Shown: positions 27,225 through 36,582 of the stretch, piece after piece
Layout of the letters: every line of letters starts with the position of its first letter
Position numbering within the stretch: position 1 is the first letter of the stretch
Source of the DNA: Kiritimatiellia bacterium
GTDB taxonomy: Bacteria; Verrucomicrobiota; Kiritimatiellia; RFP12; UBA1067
Direction of reading: 5' to 3'
Assembly (NCBI GenBank): GCA_045600365.1
Contig: JAZRXT010000164.1
Location: 1 to 60,761 of the forward strand
DNA: 60,761 nucleotides
Translations under genes and position numbers: made by a program
Notes under the pieces: model-generated
What the model saw: only the letters and a program-made list of their open reading frames with translations
Told to the model about the DNA's origin: nothing
Database searches by the model: none

Positions 27225-28378
27225 TTCCCATTCTCCTTCAGTTGTCTTTCATTGTCAGTTAGATAGCACGCCGGATCCTCACCCCAGAGATCTCCGGTAA
27301 CCGCCTCGCCGCGGGCGCGGAAGTTGCCGCCACACACGTCAAGCCAGCGGCAGAAGCGGCAATGTCCCTTCACCAGCTCCTTCCTATGCCGCATCAGATC
27401 GAGCAACGAGCCCGTCGCGGGCGAACCCCAGATCTGCGAGAACGGACGCTCCAGCACGTTTCCGACAGGATGATTGCGCCAGAACTGGTCGGGATACACC
27501 GTCCCGTTCCACGAAATGCAGCCAATGCCCTCGCCGGAGGAATTGCCGCCGTTGAGCCGCAGAAGTTCCAGCGTCCTTTCGGCATTGGGATGGCCCTCAG
27601 CCCTCATCCGCAGATACAGCGCGACTCCATCGCAGTGGTTGTCGACAGTGAGTGCCTCCACGGGGAATCCGCTGTCGTAGCATCGGCGCGTCTCCTCGAC
27701 AATGGTGTCGAGCGCGGCTCGGCGCTCGAACGCATCGAGGTCGCTTGCCGCAATGTCGCGTCCGCGCCCAGTGTACACCAGGTGGTACAGGCATATCCGC
27801 GGCACCCGCTCGGTGCGCATCAGTTCGAAGACCGAGGGGATCGCCTGCACGTTGGCGCGTGTCATCGTCACCCGCAGCCCCACCTTGACCCCGCGGTCGC
27901 GCAGACGCCTGATCGCCGCCAGCGAGCGCTGGTAGGTGCCGGGGCAGCGTCTGAACTCGTCGTGAATCCGCTCGCTGCCGTCAATGGATATCCCGACGTA
28001 GGATACGCCAAGCGCCGCCAGCCAGTCTGCCAGCTCATCGCCGATGAGCGTGCCATTGGACGAGAACGTCACGCGGATGCCCTTCCCGCGCGCGTATTCG
28101 GCAAGCTGGCGGATGTCGGGGCGCGCAAATGGCTCGCCGCCCGAGAAGAGGATCACCGGCACGCCGAATCCGGCAAGGTCGTCGATGACCGCCAGTGCCT
28201 GGGCAGTGGTAAGCTCCTGCTGGACTCCCGAACATGCCGCATAGCAGTGCGAGCAGGCAAGATTGCATCTGTACGTGCAGTTCCACACCACCACCGGGCG
28301 CCTATGCACGCCCTCGCGGTAGCGCAGACGGTCCGACTCCTCTACATTGCCGAAATACAGCTTGGAAACGCCGATCAT
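27221..28378 (-). CDS. Radical SAM enzyme with a SPASM/twitch-like C-terminal domain (NirJ/AhbD-like).
   Basis: CNLACSHCY (CX3CX2C) after RPVVVWNCTYR. C-terminal CRFCRWLDVCGGNFRARG...DPACYLTD. Overall layout resembles NirJ/AhbD-type enzymes. Confidence 0.9.
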   Translation of the reverse strand: MIGVSKLYFGNVEESDRLRYREGVHRRPVVVWNCTYRCNLACSHCYAACSGVQQELTTAQALAVIDDLAGFGVPVILFSGGEPFARPDIRQLAEYARGKGIRVTFSSNGTLIGDELADWLAALGVSYVGISIDGSERIHDEFRRCPGTYQRSLAAIRRLRDRGVKVGLRVTMTRANVQAIPSVFELMRTERVPRICLYHLVYTGRGRDIAASDLDAFERRAALDTIVEETRRCYDSGFPVEALTVDNHCDGVALYLRMRAEGHPNAERTLELLRLNGGNSSGEGIGCISWNGTVYPDQFWRNHPVGNVLERPFSQIWGSPATGSLLDLMRHRKELVKGHCRFCRWLDVCGGNFRARGEAVTGDLWGEDPACYLTDNERQLKENGK

Positions 28379-29718
28379 CGCGCCAGCTCCTCGAGGATGC
28401 GTTTCGCCCAGTCGCGCGCCCTACCGAACTGATCGGGCCCGAACGACTCGTTCGGCGAATGGATGCGGTCGCCGGGCTGTCCCCAACCGACTAGTAGCGG
28501 CGAGGCACCGGAACGTTCGGCGAGCTTGGATACAATCGGTATCGACGCCCCGTCCCACTGGAACACCGCACCGCGGGGATCCATCTCCTCGAGCACAACC
28601 GACGCCATGCGGAAAAGGTGGGAGGAAAGCGGCAAACGGAACCCCGCCGCCTCACCGGTGAGATCCTCGATGAAAAGACGCATTCCCTTCGGCGTATGCA
28701 CGCGAAGATGGCGTTCGACCGCCGCCATCGCATCGTCTGGACGCTGCCCCGGCACCAGGCGCATAGAGAGCTTTGCCAGCGCGGCGCACGGAATGACCGT
28801 CTTCGAACCGGGCCCGCCGTAGCCGGAATGGATGCCGTTCACCTCGATGGTGGGACGGAAGGAGTTGCGCTCGGTGGGCGTGAGCCCCGCCTCGCCGCCG
28901 ACCGGTTCGCAGCCGATCACCTCGGCATAGCGCTCCACGCTCATCGCCGCCGCCTCGGCCGCGGCGCGCTCCTCGTCCGTCGGCGGCTCCACGCCATCGC
29001 TGAAACCCTCGACCGCGATCGAACCGTCGGCACGGTGGAGCGATGCCATCAGCTCGGCCATCGCCTGCGCCGCGTTAGGGGCGATGCCACCAAATTCGCC
29101 GGAATGAAGGTCGTGCGACGCCCCCTCGAGCCGCACCGTGAAGTGGCTCACGCCACGAAGGCCGGCCACGATGGCGGGGCGTAGATCGTCCGCCGCCGAA
29201 GTGTCGCAGACGCAGAGGACATCCGCCTTGAGATCAAAGTCCTCTGCGTCCGCCAGAAGCGCCAGGGCAGTGCTGCCCGACTCCTCCTGCCCTTCCAGAA
29301 CCACCTTGAGCGTGGGCACAGGAGCACCGGAGGCGACCAGGTCGCGCACGCCGCAGAGGAAGGCGAACACCTGCCCCTTGTCGTCCTGGGCGCCTCGGCA
29401 GTAGATGCGTCCATCCTCCTTCTCAGTCGGTTCGAACGGCGGCGTCAGCCATTCTCCCTCGGGGTCGGCGGGCTGAACGTCGTAATGTCCGTAGACCAGC
29501 ACCGTTGGCGCGCCCTCGGCGCCGGGACGCTCGGCGAGGAGCACTGGGGGCGCGATCACCCCATCAGGCAGCCGCAGTTTCGCCTTGAACCCAAGCGCCG
29601 TCAGCCAATTGCGCAGCCAGAGTGCGCAGTCGGAGCATTCACGCAGACAGAGCGGATCCGCCCCCACGCTCCTGAAGCGCAGCAGACGGAAATACTCCTC
29701 GCGGACATCGTCCATCAC
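28375..29718 (-). CDS. M20-family metallo-dipeptidase.
   Basis: VLVYGHYDVQPADPEGEWLTPPFEP...GRIYCRGAQDDKGQ and EGQEESGS blocks. 4-nt overlaps with both neighbouring genes. Confidence 0.9.
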   Translation of the reverse strand: MMDDVREEYFRLLRFRSVGADPLCLRECSDCALWLRNWLTALGFKAKLRLPDGVIAPPVLLAERPGAEGAPTVLVYGHYDVQPADPEGEWLTPPFEPTEKEDGRIYCRGAQDDKGQVFAFLCGVRDLVASGAPVPTLKVVLEGQEESGSTALALLADAEDFDLKADVLCVCDTSAADDLRPAIVAGLRGVSHFTVRLEGASHDLHSGEFGGIAPNAAQAMAELMASLHRADGSIAVEGFSDGVEPPTDEERAAAEAAAMSVERYAEVIGCEPVGGEAGLTPTERNSFRPTIEVNGIHSGYGGPGSKTVIPCAALAKLSMRLVPGQRPDDAMAAVERHLRVHTPKGMRLFIEDLTGEAAGFRLPLSSHLFRMASVVLEEMDPRGAVFQWDGASIPIVSKLAERSGASPLLVGWGQPGDRIHSPNESFGPDQFGRARDWAKRILEELAR

Positions 29719-31427
29719 TTCGCCGCCTCCTTCAGCAGGCGCTTGAGCTCATCGTGCCATTCGTCGGTGTCGGTCTCGGCCGGCGTGAGGTAGAGGAGAC
29801 GCTCCTTGATATTGGCCGGCAGCGGCAGGCGCAGCGGCACCACCTCGGGCGCCTTGAATGTGGCGTCGCGGAAGTAGATCGGCGACGCCGCGGAAAGAAT
29901 GCCGTTGCTGGGCGAGGTCTTGAGCGTGGCCGTGTACCAGGCGTTGCCGGTCTCCACGATGTCGCGCTCGATGCGGAAGTGGCCGTCCTGCGGGGCGACG
30001 AACTCCTGCTTCAGGAACTCCTCGCCATTGCGCATGACGCGCACGAAGAACGTTCCACCCGGATTCGCCCAGGCATCAACGACGAGACGGCGCTTGCCAG
30101 GCCCGGGGGCGAGCTTGTCGCCCGAGGTCTTGCCGTCAATCTCGAAGATGACCGCGTTGCCCTCGTAGGAGACCATGGTACGTCCCTCGCGGAAGGCCTT
30201 GACGATGTTGGCATTGTCGACCTTCGCGAGCTTCGCGTAGGTGGCGTGGGAGCTACCCGGCGAGCGACCGACGTCGAAGGCGGCGTCGCTGGAGCCGGAG
30301 CATCCGAGCGTGTAGCCGCGGTTCAGCAGCTTGTACCAGAACCTCTCGGCGCGCTCCTCGGGAAAATAGAAGAAGTCGACCACCGGCACCAGATCGGGAC
30401 GGCACAGCAGCCAGAGCATGAGCTCGTTGTTGATCATGCCGTACATCTTGCGCCCGTTGCGCTTGTCGACGCGCATCACGTCGCCGTAGAGCGGGTGCAC
30501 CGGCACCGCGAGGCCGCCCTGGCGGTAGATCGTCTTCTCGGCGAGCTCGAGGTTGGTGACCTTGCTCTCGCTGTATCCGGGGCCGTAGTCCTTAACCGAG
30601 AGCGGACCGACCCCGATGTCGCCGAAGTGCCCGTAGATGTTCTTGGGGAACTCGTTGTTCACCCGCAGGAACAGGTGGTCGTCGGAGAGGAACTCGCACA
30701 GCTTCTGGTGGTCAAGGGGATACTCGTCGTTGGCGTGCGCCTGCGAGAGCCATATCCAGTCGTAGTTCTCGGCGCGGCAGATGAAGTTCATCTGCTGGAT
30801 GTTGGCACGGTAGAAGTTCTCGCCGTGGACGACATGGGCGTGGAAGTCACCCTTGTACCAGCCGCGAGCGCGGAGCTCGCGGAAATCGAGCGATTCGACG
30901 ATCTTCACCTCACCGGTCGCGGTGAAGGCGAATTCACCCGCCGTCCAGAAGAACCGGTTCTTCTGGTGCCACACGCCCTTCGGCGCATTGTAGCTACCCA
31001 CCTCGGTGCCGGCGAAGTCGAAGCCGCGCACCGGCCGGCCGGAGTCGGTGATCGTCAGCTGCGCGGGATGGCCGAGGTTGCCGTGCACCACGCGGCGGGT
31101 GGGATCGGGGAACGCCCATAGCGGCAGGTTCACATTCGTCTTCGTGGGCACGATGAGCCACGGGCGCACGGCCTCGGAGTGGCCATCCTTCATCGCCTTG
31201 AGACAGTACACGCCCTGCGAGGGAAACTCGATCTCGTAGTTTCCGCGGGCGTCTGCCTGCACGATCTGGCCGGAGTTCGCCACCACCCAGGCGTAGGGCT
31301 CGGTTCTGCCTCTCACGCAACAGGGGTGGAAGTCGGCATCGTCGCTGCGCGGCGCCGCCTCGTGGGCGGGATGCGCAAAGGCGCAAAGCGCCATCATGGT
31401 CAGCGCGGATAGCATCAAAGTCTTCAT
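29715..31427 (-). CDS. Secreted PHP-domain (CehA/McbA-like) metallohydrolase with an N-terminal carboxypeptidase-regulatory-like domain.
   Basis: Signal peptide MKTLMLSALTMMALCAFA. GQIVQADARGNYEIEFPSQGVYCLKA (CarboxypepD_reg-like). WYKGDFHAHVVHGEN (PHP-like His cluster). AAGGAA RBS, with TATAAG about 30 nt upstream. Confidence 0.7.
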   Translation of the reverse strand: MKTLMLSALTMMALCAFAHPAHEAAPRSDDADFHPCCVRGRTEPYAWVVANSGQIVQADARGNYEIEFPSQGVYCLKAMKDGHSEAVRPWLIVPTKTNVNLPLWAFPDPTRRVVHGNLGHPAQLTITDSGRPVRGFDFAGTEVGSYNAPKGVWHQKNRFFWTAGEFAFTATGEVKIVESLDFRELRARGWYKGDFHAHVVHGENFYRANIQQMNFICRAENYDWIWLSQAHANDEYPLDHQKLCEFLSDDHLFLRVNNEFPKNIYGHFGDIGVGPLSVKDYGPGYSESKVTNLELAEKTIYRQGGLAVPVHPLYGDVMRVDKRNGRKMYGMINNELMLWLLCRPDLVPVVDFFYFPEERAERFWYKLLNRGYTLGCSGSSDAAFDVGRSPGSSHATYAKLAKVDNANIVKAFREGRTMVSYEGNAVIFEIDGKTSGDKLAPGPGKRRLVVDAWANPGGTFFVRVMRNGEEFLKQEFVAPQDGHFRIERDIVETGNAWYTATLKTSPSNGILSAASPIYFRDATFKAPEVVPLRLPLPANIKERLLYLTPAETDTDEWHDELKRLLKEAAK

Positions 31428-31487
31428 GTGATAGTTCCTTCGTTTGCATGAGTTCTTATAAACTTCGTCTTCAAAGGTGCGGACGCG

Positions 31488-34400
31488 CTAGAACCAGATC
31501 GAGAACACGTAGGGTGTGCTTGAGTAGGGATCGTCGCCGGCGCTCTGCCAGTCGCAGGCACGGACTCGGCGGGTAGTCTCGCCCGGCTTGCTGAATTCGA
31601 GCTCCCACGCCCCCCAAACCCCGGCATTCTCCACTGGCGTCGCCTTGAGCGAATAGCCCTTGAGATTGACGGTGAACGGATTGGCGAGTTCCGCACGCGT
31701 GGAGCCGGTGCGAAGCGACTTCGCGAGGATGATCGGGCCCCACATCACCGTAGCCGCCGGATCGGTGCGGAAGTGCTTCTGCACCTCCGAACCCACTCTC
31801 ATGCAGGCATTGTAGCGAGTGCGGATCCAGTTCCTGGGATCATCGCCGTCGGGGTCGTGCGCAAGATCGTGGTCCACTATGCGCGGATTCATGTCGAAGA
31901 CGAGGGTGTAGACGCGCGAGCCGTCGGCGTCCTTGCTGGCATCGTCCATCTTGGGGCACCAGGAGGGCTTACGGAACACCACCTTGCGCCCGGCGAGCCC
32001 CGTGGCCTTCACGGTTACCGTGTTCTTCACCGGGTAGTTGCCGGAAATCTCGAACCCGACTCCGTCGAGCGCCACCTTCGCATCCTGATAGAGATTAACG
32101 TGGAAGACGCCGTCGCGGCCGATGGTGACCGCCGCCGTCGCCATGTCCATCCAGGTGCGCGGCACGTTGTTCATGCAGCAGTGGTTGTAGGCGTAGCCAC
32201 ACTGCCGGTCGCACTCGTGGTGCACATGGCCACGCACCGCGAACGCGCACCAGGTTCCGTCGCGGAACACGCCGGCGAGGAAGTTGTTGAAGTAGCACAC
32301 CTCCATCGCGTCGAGATAGCGGTTCTCGCCGGTTATCAGGAAGAGGTCGAGATTCAGACGTATCCAGTGCACCGCGTCGCACACCTCCGAAACCGAATTC
32401 ACGCGCTTGGCAGCCTCGTGGAGCTGATCGCAGTAACCGACGCCGCCGAGGTGGTTATCCTCATTCTTGAGAATGTTGTCGCGAATCGCCGCCACCGCCT
32501 CCAGCGAACGGCGGTCGCCCGTGACGCGGTGGTATTCGAGCAGTCCGTCCAGGCAGCTCAGCATCTCGTAGGTCTTTGCCCACTGCGTGCAGCGGGGATA
32601 CCAGGTGCTGATCTTCCTGTCGCTGGCGTAGTTGCGCAGGAAGTTGGGGCACGCCCCGTCATCGCGGTCCCAGTCGCGCACGATCTCGTCCGCGTAGTCG
32701 AGATAGCGCTGGGATCCGGTCTCGGTGTAGAGCATCAAAAGCGGCTTCAGCAGCGACATCGGCGGCAGCCCCACCTTCTCGGGATGCCCGCAGACGAACA
32801 GCGGCAGCTTGAGCCGGTGCATCATGTCGATCAGCTGGTCCATCTGGCGCACCACCGAATCGAGGATCGCCCGGTCGCCCGTTGCCTTGTACGCCATCAG
32901 CATTCCCCACATGCAGTACTTGCGGTTCCAGAGATTCCAGTTGGTGTTCCATCCGTACACCTTCGCCATGGCCGGCTTCGCGTCGTCGCCGACGTAGACG
33001 TTCTCCTTGTCCGCATACGAACCAAGGTATCCGTCGAGGTCCTCGAGCGCGATCATGCGGTGGCATTCCTCGCGCACGAACTTGAGCAGCTGCGGGTCTC
33101 TGAGGTAGTCCGCCACCCGCGCGGTGCCGATCATCAGCTTGCCCCAGAACTCGCCGCGCCAGAGGCCACCCACCTTGCGCCCCGGCACGACGACCAGCTC
33201 GTCGTCGTCACGGCGCTCGAACGCGCTGCGCGCCTCGCCGAACACCTCCTTCTGGGCGAACTCGCTCGTCATGCGCGCCTGAATGAAGGCATTCATCTTG
33301 GCGGCGACCGGTCCGCCCAGGCGCACATCGCCCAGCGAAGGCGCACGCTGGGCATCGGCCGCCTTCGGCGGCACCGTGGCTCGTACGAACTCAATTGACG
33401 CGATATCCACCGAGACATCCGCGTTCTGGCAGGGGTCGAAGCGTAGCGCCCCGATGCGGCCGCGCCACTCGCGGTGCCCGCGAAGATTGAACACGTAGTC
33501 GTGCCATTTGCCATCCGCCTTGAGCGGCATCAGCATCGACGCCTGGCCACGAATCGATTCCTGGTTGCGCGCCCAGAATATCGCCACGCCGCCGGTTCCT
33601 TCCGTGGTGCGCATGCGCACCTTCACCGCCGGATAGTCCTTGGCACCGAGATTCGGGAACGTGGCGATGATGGCCGGATCGCGGTTAATGGTGAAGAACC
33701 TAGTGCCGCCCTCGACGACCACGTTGGAACTGACACCCATCAGATGCCGCCACGGCTTCGGCATTCCCCCGTTGAAGTTCCACTTCTCGCACGCCTCCGG
33801 GACCTCGACCGGCGGCAGATCGTACGGACCCAGCCCCACGTCCTTCGGCCCGCACTCGACCGGCCATCCCGCGGCCGGACGCTCGCAGAACACATCGCGC
33901 ACCGCCTGGTAGAAGCCGAAGCCATGTTCGGCATTGGGTTCGGCGTAGGATCCCTCGCCCCATTCGTTCAGCGGCGAAAGGCATAGCCGCTTGATTCCGG
34001 CGCCATCGACGAACTTCTTCGCCTCGACGCAGATGCGGCGGAAGTCGGCGGCGTTCTTGCCGTAGATCTCATAGTGGTTGTTCCAGGGTCGGTCGTCCCA
34101 GCCCGTGGAGAGGTTGGGCAGGAACGGCAGCGTTCCCGCCTCCAGGCGGCGCTTCCAGTGCCCGACGTTGGCGTCGGCCACGGCGCTGAAGGGAACGCGG
34201 CTACCCCCCTCGCCATCGACGGCCATGAAGTGGTAGATGCCGGTCATGTCGAAGCCCAAGTCGCGGAACTTCGAGACCACTGGCGTCGTGCAGACGTTCT
34301 CAGGCCACTTCATCGCGATAAAATGGATGCCATTGTACCCGGCCTCCACCGCCATCTTGCGGGAGAGCTCGAGCATCTTGCGGCAACCGCCCGCGCCGAG

Positions 34401-35963
34401 ATCGCGGTCATAGTTGGCCCCCTGCCAAATCCACACCACCGGTTTGCCGTCGATGGTCAGATATTCTGGCATGTTGAAGTAGTTCTCTATCCAGTACTTT
34501 GTGACCGCGATCTGATCCTCCACCGTATGCGACCCGCTCGGAGTGTGGTTAGCCCACATCATCGCCCACTTGAGGTGCTTGCGGTAGCGGGCCCTGCGGA
34601 AGGCATTGATCCAGTGCTCGTGGTGGCGATGCCCCAGGTGCCAGTACCAGTCTACATACAACTCGGTGATGCCGTGCTCGACCAGCCATTTGATCTGCCA
34701 GTCGACCACCTCGGGATTCGTCTCGTCGTACCAGCCAAGCAAGGGACGGCGCTCGGGCAGCTTGGTGCGAATGCGGTCCCACGCTCGCACATACTCCCAT
34801 CCAGGATAGTAGAGCGCTCCGATGCGGTACGACGTCTTGGCCGGCACCGGTTCGGGCACATAGTCGTGCCGCCCCAGCCCCAGCGAAGGCAGTACCTTCA
34901 GACGGAGTGAGGAGATAGCGGACGCGCCCCCCTCTGTTTCGGCCCTGAACAACACCTCGTATTCGCCGGCGGCGGGGAAGCGCAGGCGCGGATTGAAGAA
35001 TGCGCTCGCACCCCCATCGATCGCCCCGCCGGAGACGACACACTCATCGACCTTGGCAGGTCCCTTCGCCGACACCGTCACACGCACGCCACGCTCGGCG
35101 CAGCCGCCCAGATTGTGCACCAGCGCGGAAAAGTCGGCCGTCATACCGGCACGCACCTCGTGGTCGCCGGCGCATGCCCTGGCGAAGACAAGGTCGGCGG
35201 GGAGCAGCGGGTCGTCTTTCACCCAGACAAAATCAGACGGTTTGGCAACCCCCTTCGGAAGCTCAAGCTCCAGCATGTCGATGGTGCCACGCCACGACGC
35301 ATCGCTGAACAGCTCAAGATAGTAGCGGTGACTTTTACCATCACCAGGGATAGTGAAGGTACGGCGACTGATTCCGTTGCGTCCGCCGCCAGCCCATTTC
35401 ACCTGCCCCTCGCCGGCGGTTGGGGAGGAAAGCGAGAACATGACGCCGCACCAGTCATCGGCCTTGCGCCCCAGCACCGGGCCGGATTCCTCGATTGCGA
35501 CCGACGCGATCTCGAAGCGACCGCCATCCACCGCCTCGGCCGGCATATCTATGCGCAGACCACCGATCCTCTTCTCGGCCTGCCACCAGGGGCGTATGCG
35601 GTAGTCGTGCCATTTGCCATCGCCAATCCAGGCAAAAGTCGCGCGTTTCGCAGAGGTGGCGCCCTTCCCCGGCTCCATCCAGTAGATTTCGCCAGTTCCT
35701 CCACGGTTGCCGCGCGCCCTGATCACCACCTCATGCGTGGCCTTAGCGGGGATAGAGAAGGCTTCGCTGTAGATGTGGCCGTCGTGGCCAGTGCATTCCA
35801 CCGCCAAGGTGGTTCCCTTCATCTCGGTCTTGCACTGATGCGTGCGCGAACGCCACTTCTGTAGACCGGCGGCGCCAGTCCACTGCGGTGCCGCCAATGC
35901 AAACGAAACCACCATCGCCATCCCAAGAGCAACAAAGCCCTTTGTTCCAATATTTGCTTTCAT
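31488..35963 (-). CDS. Large secreted multi-domain protein (1491 aa): N-terminal beta-sandwich region, GH99-like/WbsX-like module, a second beta-sandwich, and a GH127-like (DUF1680) module.
   Basis: Signal peptide MKANIGTKGFVALGMAMVVSFALAAP. YRIGALYYPGWEY...LLGWYDETNPEVVDWQIKWLVEHGITELYVDWYWH (from aa 379). GEFWGKLMIGTARV (aa 937), SEVCDAVHW and HCCMNNVPR in the C-terminal module. Confidence 0.9.
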   Translation of the reverse strand: MKANIGTKGFVALGMAMVVSFALAAPQWTGAAGLQKWRSRTHQCKTEMKGTTLAVECTGHDGHIYSEAFSIPAKATHEVVIRARGNRGGTGEIYWMEPGKGATSAKRATFAWIGDGKWHDYRIRPWWQAEKRIGGLRIDMPAEAVDGGRFEIASVAIEESGPVLGRKADDWCGVMFSLSSPTAGEGQVKWAGGGRNGISRRTFTIPGDGKSHRYYLELFSDASWRGTIDMLELELPKGVAKPSDFVWVKDDPLLPADLVFARACAGDHEVRAGMTADFSALVHNLGGCAERGVRVTVSAKGPAKVDECVVSGGAIDGGASAFFNPRLRFPAAGEYEVLFRAETEGGASAISSLRLKVLPSLGLGRHDYVPEPVPAKTSYRIGALYYPGWEYVRAWDRIRTKLPERRPLLGWYDETNPEVVDWQIKWLVEHGITELYVDWYWHLGHRHHEHWINAFRRARYRKHLKWAMMWANHTPSGSHTVEDQIAVTKYWIENYFNMPEYLTIDGKPVVWIWQGANYDRDLGAGGCRKMLELSRKMAVEAGYNGIHFIAMKWPENVCTTPVVSKFRDLGFDMTGIYHFMAVDGEGGSRVPFSAVADANVGHWKRRLEAGTLPFLPNLSTGWDDRPWNNHYEIYGKNAADFRRICVEAKKFVDGAGIKRLCLSPLNEWGEGSYAEPNAEHGFGFYQAVRDVFCERPAAGWPVECGPKDVGLGPYDLPPVEVPEACEKWNFNGGMPKPWRHLMGVSSNVVVEGGTRFFTINRDPAIIATFPNLGAKDYPAVKVRMRTTEGTGGVAIFWARNQESIRGQASMLMPLKADGKWHDYVFNLRGHREWRGRIGALRFDPCQNADVSVDIASIEFVRATVPPKAADAQRAPSLGDVRLGGPVAAKMNAFIQARMTSEFAQKEVFGEARSAFERRDDDELVVVPGRKVGGLWRGEFWGKLMIGTARVADYLRDPQLLKFVREECHRMIALEDLDGYLGSYADKENVYVGDDAKPAMAKVYGWNTNWNLWNRKYCMWGMLMAYKATGDRAILDSVVRQMDQLIDMMHRLKLPLFVCGHPEKVGLPPMSLLKPLLMLYTETGSQRYLDYADEIVRDWDRDDGACPNFLRNYASDRKISTWYPRCTQWAKTYEMLSCLDGLLEYHRVTGDRRSLEAVAAIRDNILKNEDNHLGGVGYCDQLHEAAKRVNSVSEVCDAVHWIRLNLDLFLITGENRYLDAMEVCYFNNFLAGVFRDGTWCAFAVRGHVHHECDRQCGYAYNHCCMNNVPRTWMDMATAAVTIGRDGVFHVNLYQDAKVALDGVGFEISGNYPVKNTVTVKATGLAGRKVVFRKPSWCPKMDDASKDADGSRVYTLVFDMNPRIVDHDLAHDPDGDDPRNWIRTRYNACMRVGSEVQKHFRTDPAATVMWGPIILAKSLRTGSTRAELANPFTVNLKGYSLKATPVENAGVWGAWELEFSKPGETTRRVRACDWQSAGDDPYSSTPYVFSIWF

Positions 35964-35970
35964 GGACAGT

Positions 35971-35979
35971 ATTATACCA
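35971..35979 (-). promoter_or_regulatory. Consensus extended -10 box TGGTATAAT preceded by T7, 7 nt from the ATG at 35963.
   Basis: The minus strand reads CCTTTTTTTGGTATAATACTGTCCATGAAAGCA. There is no room for an SD, which implies a leaderless or near-leaderless mRNA. Confidence 0.55.
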
Positions 35980-36178
35980 AAAAAAGGCGATGTTGTGAAG
36001 TTCCGTCATTTCACGTCCGTCACGACACCTGGACGTTCGTCACGCCACACATGAATGCACCATTGATAAGATCCGAAATCTTCGTGTCAGAGAAACATCC
36101 GAAAACACCATATGCAAACCACTTCTCTCCTTGTACGGAATTCATGTCGACGAGGTGAAAAAATCACATGGGCATGGG

Positions 36179-36582
36179 TCACTCAAGAAGGATTTGAATT
36201 GCCTTTGGAGGCAGATCGTTGGTATATACGCCCCAATCTGTCGAACGCCTTTCGACCGGCACGGAAAGCGCAGCGGCAAGTTTCAAGGAATTGGTGATAC
36301 TCATTTCCGGCAAACCATCTTCCCGACTAATCGCCGACCACACGGCACGCTCAATATCCGTTGTCGGAGAAGCCAAATGTGACACCAACGCCGTGCGGCA
36401 GACATCAAGGGCCAAATCCTTCTTACCGTCTGGTTTGTGAAAGAAGGCGATGTCAGAATCCCTCCATCCGAAAGCGCTGCGATAACATTCGTGCAGAGCA
36501 CCTGATAGGCATCCCCACCAGCAATCCCCTGAGAATACACTCCTACAGAAATGCACGCTGCCAAAATAACCTTCTTAATCAT
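36179..36582 (-). pseudogene. Lipoprotein-like small gene, a paralogue of 36791-37213, with a frame discontinuity between the signal peptide and the body.
   Basis: Frame A (36301-36582) starts MIKKVILAAC (lipobox LAAC) and reads ...VLCTNVIAALSDGG. Frame B (36179-36556) continues ...DSDIAFFHKPDGKK...EMSITNSLKLAAA...IQILLE. Both parts resemble the 140-aa neighbour (SNVVYCTGLDDG, DAAFV, EIVSLTNSLPASA). The break lies at about 36440-36480. Confidence 0.4.

Noticed and set aside
27221-28378. Radical SAM gene interpreted as an anaerobic sulfatase-maturating enzyme or a RiPP maturase.
   Set aside because: No sulfatase gene and no plausible precursor-peptide ORF lie nearby, because all the flanking genes overlap. 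The N-terminal context (RPVVVWNCTYRCNLACSHCY) looks NirJ/AhbD-like rather than anSME-like. Its function is left open.
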